Origin: a virus
Lineage: Duplodnaviria > Heunggongvirae > Uroviricota > Caudoviricetes
IMG/VR virus record: IMGVR_UViG_3300044712_000123
Direction: 5' to 3' (one strand)
DNA length: 64,000 bases
Shown: piece after piece, positions 1 to 10,061 of the stretch
How the letters are laid out: each line of letters starts with the position of its first letter
Numbering within the stretch: the first letter of the stretch is position 1
Notes under the pieces: generated by a model
Database searches by the model: none
Told to the model about the DNA's origin: nothing
Seen by the model: the letters and a program-made list of their open reading frames with translations, nothing else
Position numbers and translations under genes: made by a program

Positions 1-97
1 TTGGCATTTTTGCTACGTTGAATGGCATTTCATAATGCTCGTTTAAAGCACGTGATGCTGTAGCAATTTTTTTGTTATCGAATTCAGTTAATTTCAT
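1..97 (-). CDS. N-terminal part of a hypothetical late protein (runs off window)
   Basis: ATG at 97, reads MKLTEFDNKKIATASRALNEHYEMPF; late-promoter-like GATAAATA upstream near 126-133. Confidence 0.6.
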   Translation of the reverse strand, partial: MKLTEFDNKKIATASRALNEHYEMPFNVAKMP

Positions 98-148
98 AGT
101 TGTGGGTTCCAAGACTAATATAAAGTATTTATCATTTATGGCTTAATG

Positions 149-622
149 TTATGGTTTTTTATTCCATCTTCTCGCTTGCCATGACATAGATTCATTGATG
201 AATCCATTCAATTCTTCTGCAATCTGCTTTTTCTTCAGTTTTTCTTCAGTTAATTTAGCAGCATATATTAACTTGTCATCTGCGGTTTTTGCTCGTTTCA
301 ACAACGTAGTATGCAAAGTAATATCGGCTTCAACACTACTCAGTTTGAAGTCTAGAATAATGATTCTCTTAGCCTCTGCAATGCGGTTTCGTTTATCATA
401 ACTACACCACGTTGCTGCGCTTTTGAGCGTGTTGAATGGTTGTTCCAAAGAAGAAGTCTCGCTAGATACAATGAATGTCTCACCTTGTTTCTTAATATGG
501 TATAGATTGTACATGCAATACGATCCAGGACCGTCTGAAATAATGCTCAGGTCCTGTAATTCTGCCATAACTTTCTTTGGTATAGCTTTGGTTATACGGT
601 TGATTGTCTTGTCATTAATCAT
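149..622 (-). CDS. hypothetical protein
   Basis: 157-aa ORF overlapping the upstream gene. Confidence 0.7.
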   Translation of the reverse strand: MINDKTINRITKAIPKKVMAELQDLSIISDGPGSYCMYNLYHIKKQGETFIVSSETSSLEQPFNTLKSAATWCSYDKRNRIAEAKRIIILDFKLSSVEADITLHTTLLKRAKTADDKLIYAAKLTEEKLKKKQIAEELNGFINESMSWQARRWNKKP

Positions 623-1070
623 TGCTTATCACTTTAAAGTAAATGTTCCTTAGTTCATCTGATGTATCTAAGAAGTTAGGAAGTTTTTCCCACTCAGTTT
701 TGCACAATATCATTGGGATTCTATCGCAATCAGTGTACAATGCACCTAATTCAGTTATACCGTCATCAAAAACGCTAATGTGCGGAACTTCAAAGTCGAA
801 AGACCAACAGTCATATTGTTCATCTTCTACTTGCTGAAATAAGAATCCAAAATTGTCTAACTCATCAAATCGGATCTTCATCTTTTCTGGGTTACGAGTA
901 ACTTCTGGAAGGGAACGTAATGAGATAGCTTGGATGATAGTATCAAAATTACACTGTGTATTGCGCTTGTACAGCCACTCTGGATTTATCTGATCCTGAG
1001 ATCGGCTACGGTTTAATACACCTGTTGGGGTAATATCAAACAACGTGTAGCAAGTTAATGTATAGCTCAT
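615..1070 (-). CDS. hypothetical protein
   Basis: 151-aa ORF; GTTAAATA 5 nt before ATG. Confidence 0.7.
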   Translation of the reverse strand: MSYTLTCYTLFDITPTGVLNRSRSQDQINPEWLYKRNTQCNFDTIIQAISLRSLPEVTRNPEKMKIRFDELDNFGFLFQQVEDEQYDCWSFDFEVPHISVFDDGITELGALYTDCDRIPMILCKTEWEKLPNFLDTSDELRNIYFKVISND

Positions 1071-1089
1071 ACTACTATTTAACAGCCGT

Positions 1090-1115
1090 AAAAAAACCCG
1101 AGAAATTCTCGGGTT
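1090..1115 (-). terminator. rho-independent terminator
   Basis: CCCGAGA/TCTCGGG hairpin with U-tract on minus strand. Confidence 0.8.
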
Positions 1116-1133
1116 CTTTCAATTGACTAGTGA

Positions 1134-1502
1134 TTAACCAGTGAATGTAGCTGTAGCTGTAGTAGTTGTACTAGCAACACCTGCTGCTGTGAAAGCTGCG
1201 TCAAGTGCTGTAGTGTCCCAAGCGCCTACTGGGTAAACAGCAACTGCTAATGTGTCATTAGAAGCGTCTGTGTACTCATACAAATAAACAGTAGCCAATT
1301 GTTGAATTGTTTGAACTAGAGTGTTGATTTGAGTTGTAGTGAAAGCGCCAGAAGCTGTAACTGTGAAGAAGTCTAGCTTAGGACCTTGAGGTTGAACTGT
1401 AGCTGCTGATGTAACAGCGTTAACTGCGCCAACTGTGTAGCCGAATGCGTCATAGACGCTTACTGGTTGATAGTCACCATGTGTACGTGTAAATTGTGCC
1501 AT
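1134..1502 (-). CDS. probable virion structural protein (Ala/Thr-rich)
   Basis: AAAGGA RBS, CATAAATA late promoter near 1548, own terminator, composition. Confidence 0.55.
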   Translation of the reverse strand: MAQFTRTHGDYQPVSVYDAFGYTVGAVNAVTSAATVQPQGPKLDFFTVTASGAFTTTQINTLVQTIQQLATVYLYEYTDASNDTLAVAVYPVGAWDTTALDAAFTAAGVASTTTTATATFTG

Positions 1503-1583
1503 TTTAATATTCCTTTAAATGTGTTGAAGCCTACTGCTTCATGAATATATTTATGCCTGATACAAAAAAACGTCGGTTTTGGC

Positions 1584-1820
1584 TCACTTTTTTTGGATAC
1601 TTTTGCTAAACTTTCCCTGATCTCTGGCCTTGATAGCACCTAATAGCTTGCGCTCTAGGATCGCGGCCTTCTCTGGATCATAGTGTTTGTTAATCATTTC
1701 TAGCAAGTTTATTGCACTAGTAATGATGTTATGGGCACGGCTTTCAATGATATGATTAGTATCACGAGTTTGACCGATTGACTCAAGTTCTTCCAGCAAG
1801 GACCTAGTGTTGCGTTGCAT
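1584..1820 (-). CDS. hypothetical protein
   Basis: 78-aa ORF with late-promoter-like motif near 1839. Confidence 0.7.
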   Translation of the reverse strand: MQRNTRSLLEELESIGQTRDTNHIIESRAHNIITSAINLLEMINKHYDPEKAAILERKLLGAIKARDQGKFSKSIQKK

Positions 1821-1848
1821 ATAATGTGTTCCTAATAGTATTTATGAT

Positions 1849-3312
1849 TTATTTCTTCAAATCGTTCAATAGTGATTTGAGCTTATTACCACCGGTTACG
1901 TTTGCAGTTACTCGTTTTTGTACAGGTTCTAGCACTTCACCTGTAGTTTGATCGATGATAGGATCTGACGATACTAATGTAGATTGAGGCTTTAGTCTAC
2001 TCATAATGTCATTGGGGCTTGGTGCAGGCTTGTACTTCGCTTGCTGTGCTGCATAATCATCTGGATCACTGTCAGAAATACGCATAGTTTCGATGTTATA
2101 GTCCAAGTCAATCTTCTGACCCACACCTGTCGAACTGCGCGACTTCATACACTGAATCTGATACTTACCACGTTCGCGCATACTACGACTTGTAAAAATA
2201 CCAAACACGTTATCTGCTGTGTTAATCTTTGAGATACCACCTGCAATGTGACTATGATCGAATTCAATTTCATCGACCGCAGTACGGTTCAATTGAGAAG
2301 CAGTAACTAACAAGATACCAAGTTCCTTAGCTAAGTTACGCAATTCTTCTGCTACGTACTTGTCTTTAATGAACTGATCGTTGGGACTGACTTTAACTGA
2401 CACTGGCATAACCAAGTCAAGATAGTCAACCATCACAAAGTCAACTTTGATACCTGTCTGAATCTGTACTTCTTTCAAGTATGAACGAATGTCGTTTACG
2501 TTACTTTGAGCAGGCATACCCTTAACACGATATTGACCGGCTTTCTTACCAGTCATCTTGACTTTGAGGGCAGTAGTATCGATATCCTTACGAATATCCT
2601 TTGTACTCATCATTGTCAACATCGCATCAGTACGCAATGAGGTCAATTCTTCTGAAAGTTCCAGTGAGATATAAACACCACTCATACCTTGTTGCAGCCA
2701 ATTCAAAGCCATGTTCATCATGACCAATGACTTACCTGAACCCGAGCCACCTGCGAAGATGTTCAACTCACCACGACTGAAACCACCATACAATAGCTTA
2801 TCCATCTGAGGCCAACCTGTAGATACTTGACCACCTGCATTGAAATACTTGTTGATACGCATTGCAGGATCAGCAAAGTAATCAGTACCCATGTCACGTT
2901 GCAAGCTAATCTGAACCGCGTCTTTGATTAGTTTCTCAACTGGATCAAACTCACCTTTCTCAAGTAAGTCAGCCGCTGTTAGAATCGCACGTTCTAGTTC
3001 TTGTCTACGAGTGAAAGATTCAAACTCATCCAAGAACCAGTCATAGTGACCTTCATTAAGTTCAGGGATAGTTTCTAGTTTGACCCCTGTCGTTGCTTCT
3101 AACAGTTGTGGATCAGGGATAGTGCTGTATTTTTCTGTGTTTTCTTTGAATGCTTCTACTACTGGTCTCAGTGACTTGTCAAAGTTTGCAGGGTTGATAA
3201 TGTTAGCGACACGTGTATATAATTCTGCGTTGGACAGCATCATACGTAAGAACAATTTCTGTACGTCTGTTGTGTATTCTAGTTTAGGCTTAGAATCCTT
3301 TTTGTTTGCCAA
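1849..3312 (-). CDS. replicative DNA helicase (DnaB/T4 gp41-like)
   Basis: Walker A GGSGSGKS, VDYLDL, ASQLNR, MKSR motifs; adjacent to primase. Confidence 0.92.
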   Translation of the reverse strand: MANKKDSKPKLEYTTDVQKLFLRMMLSNAELYTRVANIINPANFDKSLRPVVEAFKENTEKYSTIPDPQLLEATTGVKLETIPELNEGHYDWFLDEFESFTRRQELERAILTAADLLEKGEFDPVEKLIKDAVQISLQRDMGTDYFADPAMRINKYFNAGGQVSTGWPQMDKLLYGGFSRGELNIFAGGSGSGKSLVMMNMALNWLQQGMSGVYISLELSEELTSLRTDAMLTMMSTKDIRKDIDTTALKVKMTGKKAGQYRVKGMPAQSNVNDIRSYLKEVQIQTGIKVDFVMVDYLDLVMPVSVKVSPNDQFIKDKYVAEELRNLAKELGILLVTASQLNRTAVDEIEFDHSHIAGGISKINTADNVFGIFTSRSMRERGKYQIQCMKSRSSTGVGQKIDLDYNIETMRISDSDPDDYAAQQAKYKPAPSPNDIMSRLKPQSTLVSSDPIIDQTTGEVLEPVQKRVTANVTGGNKLKSLLNDLKK

Positions 3313-4273
3313 TTTGTTTCTTCCTTAATTCAATCTTAATCTTACTGTTTGTTGCGTTTTGTAATATACTTAACAAGGTCGGCAGCTTGCCATATTTATT
3401 GATAGCATCGTTAACGTCTTTAACGTCACTAGACCAAGGGGGTAAACTAACTTGATACCCTAATTCCAATGCTCTATCAATGATCTTTAATCCTGTCTTG
3501 TCATAGTCTGGAACAACAATGACTGGTCTGTTTAGTTGTGCAATTAACTGTGCTTGTTCGTTACTGATATCATCGTGCATCAGTGCAACGCCGTTGATAC
3601 TTAATGCATCGAAGATACCTTCGGTTACAATACATACTTGCCAATCTTCTTTTTGTGTGTCAATATTGAAGACATAACCAGGCTGTTGAATGTTAATGTA
3701 CTTGGGAATCTTATCGTCAGTGTATCTACTTGTGTGACCTACTACTTTGTCTTTGTAGAAGTATGGTACAATGATTCTGTTCTTGTTTCGTCCAATATCA
3801 TTTGGTGTTACTTTGAAAGGATAGCTATCGTATTCGATGCCTCGTTTTTCTAAGTACTCGATGTATTTGAAATGATTAGGATCTTCTAAGTTAAGATCGA
3901 CTGCTCCTGTAGGTAGTTTCTGCTCACCAAACTTGATCTTGACTCTTTTGGTTGTTGTCTGTGTGAAGTCTAGTAAGTCTTTATTCTGTAGACTTTCAAA
4001 GCTCCATCGTTGAATTTCAAGATCGTCAATGCCACACCAACTCAATAGATTACGGGTTTTCTGTGAGATACTTCTGCCCATTGTGAAGTTGCACTTGAAC
4101 CCACAGTTGAAGCAATGCATAGTCCAGTTCGTTTGACCGTCAAACTTCAACCCACCTCGCATTCTGCGATCAGGCTTATGTCCAAAGTGGCTGCAACACA
4201 CAGCATTGAAACTAGTCCAACCACTGCCTGTGAGCTTCTTTTTACCGGGAATAATAGTTAATATATCAAACAC
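3290..4273 (-). CDS. DNA primase (T4 gp61-like)
   Basis: N-terminal Zn knuckle (CC..HCFNC), TOPRIM TEGIFDAL, PDYD, KDVND. Confidence 0.88.
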   Translation of the reverse strand: MFDILTIIPGKKKLTGSGWTSFNAVCCSHFGHKPDRRMRGGLKFDGQTNWTMHCFNCGFKCNFTMGRSISQKTRNLLSWCGIDDLEIQRWSFESLQNKDLLDFTQTTTKRVKIKFGEQKLPTGAVDLNLEDPNHFKYIEYLEKRGIEYDSYPFKVTPNDIGRNKNRIIVPYFYKDKVVGHTSRYTDDKIPKYINIQQPGYVFNIDTQKEDWQVCIVTEGIFDALSINGVALMHDDISNEQAQLIAQLNRPVIVVPDYDKTGLKIIDRALELGYQVSLPPWSSDVKDVNDAINKYGKLPTLLSILQNATNSKIKIELRKKQIGKQKGF

Positions 4274-4321
4274 ATTGATAGTATAACAGGACTGTCTTGA
4301 GTAATCAAGACAATAGGACGC

Positions 4322-5089
4322 TTATCTAGCCAATATGTTAGTCACTGCGCCCGCATTACTCTGAAATACAGCACGTACATAAGGATGGAATCCATTGACC
4401 ACATAACCCTTTGTATCAGATACATTCGCTAAGTTGTTGTCTGTGACAATAGTATACCAATCACCATCAACGATAGTAGACCCTTGAATAGTAAGATTAC
4501 CATAGAATTGGGTGAATTGAGCTTGAATAGACAAGATAGGATTATCATCAGTGGTAATCACGCTAGTGAAGTATGTAACACTATTCGAATTGCTATTGTT
4601 TGCAGTATTAGGGAAAATCTGTCCTGTAGGGATAGTAACTGATTGTGATGGAACAAAGCTAGGCAAGATACTGTTGACGATGTTTAGATCACCTCTACCA
4701 CCTGCGTTGCTATCTACGAATACAGGGAAGTCAAATGAACCCACTGGAATCTCTAGTGTATAATAGCACTTCTGAGCATCGATATTAACAAGGTCCGCAG
4801 CATTGAGGAACAAGGATGTGATGCCAGTTGCAGCAAATTGAGGAGTAAGAGCCTTCTGTAATAGAAGTTCATTGCCCTCATAGTTCAGAATACGACAAGT
4901 AATCTCTTTACCCGTGATATCAACTGGCTTTTGCTCTTGGTTCAAGAACTGGAATTGTAGTTGATTATCAACCCCTTTGTGTAAAGTTAACGGTTTAGCG
5001 TAGACTGGCATATATTTCCTCGGTGATAAGCCCGTGAGTAAGACAACAATTTGACGTTGCGTATAGAGAAAGACTGATGTTGAATACAC
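4322..5089 (-). CDS. hypothetical protein, possibly structural (beta-rich)
   Basis: 255-aa ORF, late-promoter-like motif upstream. Confidence 0.6.
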   Translation of the reverse strand: MYSTSVFLYTQRQIVVLLTGLSPRKYMPVYAKPLTLHKGVDNQLQFQFLNQEQKPVDITGKEITCRILNYEGNELLLQKALTPQFAATGITSLFLNAADLVNIDAQKCYYTLEIPVGSFDFPVFVDSNAGGRGDLNIVNSILPSFVPSQSVTIPTGQIFPNTANNSNSNSVTYFTSVITTDDNPILSIQAQFTQFYGNLTIQGSTIVDGDWYTIVTDNNLANVSDTKGYVVNGFHPYVRAVFQSNAGAVTNILAR

Positions 5090-5144
5090 TATGTGGGCTC
5101 CTAATATTATATTTATGTTTCTTTTGCCCGATAATAAATACTCT

Positions 5145-5525
5145 GTGATTCAAAATGAGTTCTTCAAACGCCTAAGCGAAAACCACCCGTTCATTACTGT
5201 TTGTTCGTACGCCAACCAAGATTATGTTGGAATCGTTCAAAACCGTGATGATGTTGTCACCACTATATACGACTACGGGGCGATTATCGACTCCGCCGTA
5301 AAAGAACGTTTCCTAGAACTAGGAGATATATGGTGGTGGGAAAGCAACAGACTTATACCTATCAACTTGTTCTTAAAAGACGAATGGGCCATTTTCAGGC
5401 CCTATCTACGAACATTCAATAATAAAAGTCTAGTAATTGTACACGGTCCTACGTGTAGCATGACAGAATTGAACAAACGCCGTAGCAAACGCCGTTCAAT
5501 CACACTAGTTAAACGTCTACCTTAA
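5145..5525 (+). CDS. conserved-type hypothetical protein
   Basis: GTG 4 nt after AATAAATA; WWWESNR motif; convergent with mini-DnaE. Confidence 0.65.
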   Translation: MIQNEFFKRLSENHPFITVCSYANQDYVGIVQNRDDVVTTIYDYGAIIDSAVKERFLELGDIWWWESNRLIPINLFLKDEWAIFRPYLRTFNNKSLVIVHGPTCSMTELNKRRSKRRSITLVKRLP

Positions 5526-6097
5526 TGTCCTTGTTCTTCTAGTAGATTCATGTGGACGACTACTAGATGTGCGTAGGCAATTGCGTGAGCTTGCTTAAAC
5601 GTATAACCATCAGAACCCTTATCCCAAACACTTGCACCTACTTCGATCCAGCGTTTACCCATCAAATGCTTCTTGCCAGGACGAATGACAGCTAATAGCA
5701 TTGCCAAGCGAGTTACACTATCGACTGGCTCAGGCATCTTCTTCATGTTCTGATAGTGATTACCCAAGTGAATCAATTTCTCAACGAACTTAGGATCATT
5801 CAGTTTATCCCAGTTAGGTGTACGCATTAATGAAACAAGATGTTCCTCGTCACGCACTTGTTCATATACATGAACGTTCAATAAGTCTAGTTTGAGATAG
5901 CCACGTTTTTCTGCCTCAGTGTAATCAATCGATGCAATATTGTGTACTGCATCGAAGGGTACATCTGTTACATGAATGCCAGTTGCGTGTTTGCGAATTG
6001 GTCTGACATTGCGCATTGCCGCAGGTACGTGCTTGAGGTGAGCAAGAATCTTTTCTCTGTCACCGAAGTCAATGTCAATGTCTGAGTTAAATTTCAT
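5522..6097 (-). CDS. miniature DNA polymerase III alpha (DnaE)-like protein
   Basis: SDIDIDF, KHATGI, KLDLL and YTFKQAHAIAY match DnaE palm/finger motifs. Confidence 0.8.
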   Translation of the reverse strand: MKFNSDIDIDFGDREKILAHLKHVPAAMRNVRPIRKHATGIHVTDVPFDAVHNIASIDYTEAEKRGYLKLDLLNVHVYEQVRDEEHLVSLMRTPNWDKLNDPKFVEKLIHLGNHYQNMKKMPEPVDSVTRLAMLLAVIRPGKKHLMGKRWIEVGASVWDKGSDGYTFKQAHAIAYAHLVVVHMNLLEEQGH

Positions 6098-6648
6098 CGC
6101 GGTGCTACTAATCCTGCTTTGATTAACTTGAGATAGCCCTGCTGTACAACAATAGCTTGTCGTTCAGCATCTTCTACAGCTTTGTGTGAAGTCACGTGTC
6201 CACCGTCTTTTAGTTTGACACTGGTAATATCATACAATGTTCGTGTGTCTCTGATATCCCAGAAGTTCCAGGGAGTGTTTTTACCAAGTTGTTTCCATGC
6301 ATGATCCATAACTACAACGTCAAAACTTGCACCGTTACTCCACGCACCTTTACTGCGATTCCAGCAGAACTTGTACAGTTGATCCATAGCTTCACTAAAT
6401 GACACACGATCTCTATCACCCATAGCTTCTTCAATTGCTTCTGGGCTTTGTTTACCCCACCATTCCATCGTACCGTCATTAATGCTACGATTGTAGATTT
6501 CTGTTTGGTCTTCGATTGTAGGTCTAATTTCGATCTTGTCGATGATACCACTACCTCTTGGATCGAACAACACTGCACCAATTGTGAGTATAACACAATC
6601 AGGAGTCGTGTCCAGTGATTCGATATCAATCATTACATCTATTGCCAT
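6094..6648 (-). CDS. DEDD 3'-5' exonuclease
   Basis: DIESL, NGASFD, HKAVEDA motifs. Confidence 0.82.
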   Translation of the reverse strand: MAIDVMIDIESLDTTPDCVILTIGAVLFDPRGSGIIDKIEIRPTIEDQTEIYNRSINDGTMEWWGKQSPEAIEEAMGDRDRVSFSEAMDQLYKFCWNRSKGAWSNGASFDVVVMDHAWKQLGKNTPWNFWDIRDTRTLYDITSVKLKDGGHVTSHKAVEDAERQAIVVQQGYLKLIKAGLVAPR

Positions 6649-6666
6649 AATATTCCTTTTGTCATA

Positions 6667-6903
6667 TTATACACTCAGTGCATAGTGAGTGTAAACTTTT
6701 TCGGACATGCATATACTAGTATGAGTCTCCCACCATGATTTGCAGTAACAAGGGAAACCATATTTCTCTTGCAACCAAGTCTTGGCCTCTCGTTGTTTAG
6801 TTTTGATTTCGTAGAAAGTTATGTCTTCCCATTCAGTTCCGTTGTGAATCTTCTTAGTAAACTTTCTAAATGTAATCGGTGTTTCGTCTTCTATGTATAT
6901 CAT
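6667..6903 (-). CDS. small hypothetical protein (divergent FxLxW family)
   Basis: overlapping-gene array. Confidence 0.6.
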   Translation of the reverse strand: MIYIEDETPITFRKFTKKIHNGTEWEDITFYEIKTKQREAKTWLQEKYGFPCYCKSWWETHTSICMSEKVYTHYALSV

Positions 6904-7172
6904 TGGTATTTCAGTAAAAATATAAGGTACTTCTTTTCGTCCATGATCTTATAACCATCAGTGATGTTACCATCGACTATGTTCATTTTGATTCCATAGT
7001 TTGCTTCAATGTAATCTTCAAAGTCATACGCATCAAAATCAATAGTGGCTGTATCTTGCATGTATTCTCTACGAATCTGTTTCAATGCTGCCCAATAGTT
7101 CCAGCGGTTATTACGAAACTCCATTTCTGGACCATCGTCATCGTAATCTTGAAATGGTGGAATAGTACTCAT
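6900..7172 (-). CDS. small hypothetical protein (FxLxW family)
   Basis: ends KKYLIFLLKYQ. Confidence 0.7.
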   Translation of the reverse strand: MSTIPPFQDYDDDGPEMEFRNNRWNYWAALKQIRREYMQDTATIDFDAYDFEDYIEANYGIKMNIVDGNITDGYKIMDEKKYLIFLLKYQ

Positions 7173-7393
7173 GATGAAAACTTAATAGCAAAGAACGTAG
7201 CAAGTCGTTCATCTTCTAGGGTAAGATACCAACGTTTAGTACGCATCTCAGGTTCCCACTCACTCTTAACTAACCAGCCCTGTCCACCGATGCTATTATG
7301 TAGATAGTGCATACGTGGTCCTACATTTTGAGCAAGCCATTGTTCTTGCTCACCAGTCAATGTATTATGCCTTAAAGGTATCTTTATCGCCAT
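7169..7393 (-). CDS. small hypothetical protein (FxLxW family)
   Basis: ends ATFFAIKFSS. Confidence 0.7.
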   Translation of the reverse strand: MAIKIPLRHNTLTGEQEQWLAQNVGPRMHYLHNSIGGQGWLVKSEWEPEMRTKRWYLTLEDERLATFFAIKFSS

Positions 7394-7673
7394 GTGTTAA
7401 TAAATCAAATGCGGTAGCGTATTGAGTTTCTGGTTCCATGTGAAAACTTGCGCCCCACACAATCCAAACTCTACGCTTGTATGCTTTTTGCCAGAAGACA
7501 CGACCACCACTGACAGTATTTTTAGGCAAGATAATAAATGTCTCTGTCCATGGGTAGCAGTCTGCCCCGTCTGTTATAATAGAATATTCCATCATTAGTT
7601 TCTTGTATCTGTGCATGTCAATGTTCCAGCCTATACTGCGACCCCAGTTTATAGCCATTTCAATATGAACCAT
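7365..7673 (-). CDS. hypothetical protein (start uncertain)
   Basis: fills gap in array. Confidence 0.55.
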   Translation of the reverse strand: MVHIEMAINWGRSIGWNIDMHRYKKLMMEYSIITDGADCYPWTETFIILPKNTVSGGRVFWQKAYKRRVWIVWGASFHMEPETQYATAFDLLTHGDKDTFKA

Positions 7674-7945
7674 TCAGCATCTTGTTTCTTTTCAAAAACA
7701 AATGTTCTGCCTAACTTGGTGTGTTTACCTGTGCAGTTTTCATCGATCCATATTTCAACATCGATTGATTCATATCTGTCTTTCAGTCGTTCTAATTCAA
7801 CTTTAGTCCAACCACCTAACACTAGCATGTCTATCATAATTTCGTTATCTAATTCTTCTTGAATTTCTTTAGCAAGGTCCTCAACTAACTCGTTGCTATA
7901 GTTAGCGTCATCGTCAATTGTCCATGTTGCAGTAATCATTGTCAT
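7649..7945 (-). CDS. small hypothetical protein (FxLxW family)
   Basis: ends DAEWFILKWL. Confidence 0.7.
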   Translation of the reverse strand: MTMITATWTIDDDANYSNELVEDLAKEIQEELDNEIMIDMLVLGGWTKVELERLKDRYESIDVEIWIDENCTGKHTKLGRTFVFEKKQDAEWFILKWL

Positions 7946-8217
7946 GATATGTATTCTTTCATGGTGATTTCTTCATACTCACCTGCGAATGCGATTCTAA
8001 AGACTTTGGCAGCCTCACTCCATTCAAACTGAACTACATCGTAGTCTCGGCTATACACACTGCCCCATTCGACATGAAAGCGACTGAATGGACCACTATC
8101 AGGATATGCTTCTGCCCACCGGCACATGTCAGTAGTACACTTTTTTACTTTAAATCTATATGTGAAGTATGGACGATTGTTCCCGCCGCCTGAGTAGAAG
8201 TATTCCATCAGTCCCAA
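7942..8217 (-). CDS. small hypothetical protein (FxLxW family)
   Basis: AAKVFRIAF near C-terminus. Confidence 0.65.
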   Translation of the reverse strand: MGLMEYFYSGGGNNRPYFTYRFKVKKCTTDMCRWAEAYPDSGPFSRFHVEWGSVYSRDYDVVQFEWSEAAKVFRIAFAGEYEEITMKEYIS

Positions 8218-8477
8218 CGCAATAAAAATAATGTTAGGTCTTCATCATTGCACAAGAAGATTTCACCGTTGTCAGTGATATCATCCAACCAACGAGTTCT
8301 TTCAATAGCATCTTGATAGCCAGGTTGCCCGTATGTTTCAACACACCAAGCACGAATCTCGTTGCCGTCTACTTCACCCTTACCCTTCCAGGATACAGTG
8401 TGAATCTTTCGTTGACTACCGTAGTAGTGTTCTGTTTTGTGCGTGAATGGAGTAGTCATCGGTTTAAGATCGCCCAC
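8208..8477 (-). CDS. small hypothetical protein (FxLxW family)
   Basis: ends DLTLFLLRWD. Confidence 0.7.
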   Translation of the reverse strand: MGDLKPMTTPFTHKTEHYYGSQRKIHTVSWKGKGEVDGNEIRAWCVETYGQPGYQDAIERTRWLDDITDNGEIFLCNDEDLTLFLLRWD

Positions 8478-8905
8478 ATGTCAAGTTTGTTTTTCATGTC
8501 ATCACGCTCTTTTTGTGCTTCATACCGTTTGCGTTCTTCACGTTCTCGCATGTATTTTTCTGTAGTGATTCCTTGTCGTAGCTGTTCAATCAACTCGCTA
8601 ACCTTCATTGGCTTCATTTCTTCGATTTCATCATGTGCTTGCTTTAATTGTTCTTGTAAGTACTCAATTTCATTTTCAAGATGACTGATGTACTGACCAG
8701 GAAGATATTCAGTGCATGTTACGACACTACGAAAAGTACAGAATGTCTCATCCATACCTGCACGTTCAAGGTCATCTAAGATAGCACCTGGATGACGATC
8801 CATGTATGTAGCAAGTCTGACACGAACAGGGTCGTTGTCAAATTTAATAGTGTAATCAATCAATTCATTGTCTGTCATGTTCATATCCATAATAAGTAAT
8901 ACCAC
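8456..8905 (-). CDS. hypothetical coiled-coil protein
   Basis: 149-aa ORF in array. Confidence 0.65.
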   Translation of the reverse strand: MVLLIMDMNMTDNELIDYTIKFDNDPVRVRLATYMDRHPGAILDDLERAGMDETFCTFRSVVTCTEYLPGQYISHLENEIEYLQEQLKQAHDEIEEMKPMKVSELIEQLRQGITTEKYMREREERKRYEAQKERDDMKNKLDMWAILNR

Positions 8906-9081
8906 ATTGCGTCTTTTTCTTCTACTTCATAGTAGATATCATCTTGTCCGATTTGCCACATTCCCCATTCTGTTCTATCCACGTAGTTCTTGCAATTCGT
9001 TTCTATCCACTTGCATCGTTCGTACCATGTGATCGGGCATGATATCGTAACTCTGGTCACGACCACCTCAACACAAACCAA
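8881..9081 (-). CDS. small hypothetical protein (FxLxW family)
   Basis: ends DAMWYYLLWI. Confidence 0.65.
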   Translation of the reverse strand: MVCVEVVVTRVTISCPITWYERCKWIETNCKNYVDRTEWGMWQIGQDDIYYEVEEKDAMWYYLLWI

Positions 9082-9311
9082 GAAAACTTCTTTTCATCAA
9101 TGACATTGTACCCAACTATCTCGTGATGATACCCTGACAACAGTATCTCCACACCGCATTTAGTTTCTAGGAAATGTAAGTAAGAATCTTCCTTGACCTT
9201 ACCAGTGACAACTTTTGCTTCAGGTGGCAACTCAATGGGGTTTTTGAGAAATTCGTTATTCGCCTGTCTGACTACAATCTTTTTTACAAGGTCTAAATCC
9301 ATCAACTCCAC
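9057..9311 (-). CDS. small hypothetical protein (FxLxW family)
   Basis: ends KFSWFVLRWS. Confidence 0.7.
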   Translation of the reverse strand: MELMDLDLVKKIVVRQANNEFLKNPIELPPEAKVVTGKVKEDSYLHFLETKCGVEILLSGYHHEIVGYNVIDEKKFSWFVLRWS

Positions 9312-9502
9312 CTCAATACAAACATCATGTATAACTTTTCATCATGCCATTTAATATTCAACTTGTGATATTTGTTTTTACTCTTAGCAAGTGTGGCTTT
9401 ATAGGGTTTCAAATGTTCTTCAATAACATCTTGACCATCATGACTGAGAATAAAGTTTCTGAAATAGCCGGCCTGAAACCGTTCATATTGTTTACGAATC
9501 AT
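9302..9502 (-). CDS. small hypothetical protein (FxLxW family)
   Basis: ends LYMMFVLRWS. Confidence 0.7.
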   Translation of the reverse strand: MIRKQYERFQAGYFRNFILSHDGQDVIEEHLKPYKATLAKSKNKYHKLNIKWHDEKLYMMFVLRWS

Positions 9503-9816
9503 TTTACCAACTTTGTAATCATGTTGTACTGGTCAATCGCATCGCACACATTCTTCCAAGCTGCAATTTCTGCTGGTACTGGTTTCGATGCAATGTGATT
9601 GTCTGGATCATGCTCGGGACAATCTGTCCAAATACTGACTTGAATTGTATGTGAGTGAGGAGCCATACTCTCTCTCCATTCTGTGTAGTAGTCGTCCCAG
9701 TAATACAATCCATAACCTTCACTATCATCACCTAGTGTTGATTTTTTGTAGGCCAGGTAGTGTCCACTAACTTTGGGGCAAATATCATCTTCGTGTCGCC
9801 AAATACTTGTTATCAT
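9499..9816 (-). CDS. hypothetical protein
   Basis: 105-aa ORF overlapping neighbours. Confidence 0.65.
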   Translation of the reverse strand: MITSIWRHEDDICPKVSGHYLAYKKSTLGDDSEGYGLYYWDDYYTEWRESMAPHSHTIQVSIWTDCPEHDPDNHIASKPVPAEIAAWKNVCDAIDQYNMITKLVK

Positions 9817-10061
9817 TAGAAACTCAATCTACATAAAATTATGTCACGCTCATATCTGAATTTAACTTGAATGAGGCCACGTGTGATTCTCCATCTAGCA
9901 TGTCTTTCACAGTTGTCTACTCTATTATACAGCCATTCTAATACTTCTTCGTATGTTTCGGACATACTTGATGAACCGATACTAATATCGTGTTGATACC
10001 AGCCAGGACAAGTTTCCTCCCAACCACGTTTTTGGTCATAGTGTTGGATTACTATTGCCAT
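9816..10061 (-). CDS. small hypothetical protein (FxLxW family)
   Basis: FRYERDIILCRLSF. Confidence 0.65.
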   Translation of the reverse strand: MAIVIQHYDQKRGWEETCPGWYQHDISIGSSSMSETYEEVLEWLYNRVDNCERHARWRITRGLIQVKFRYERDIILCRLSF

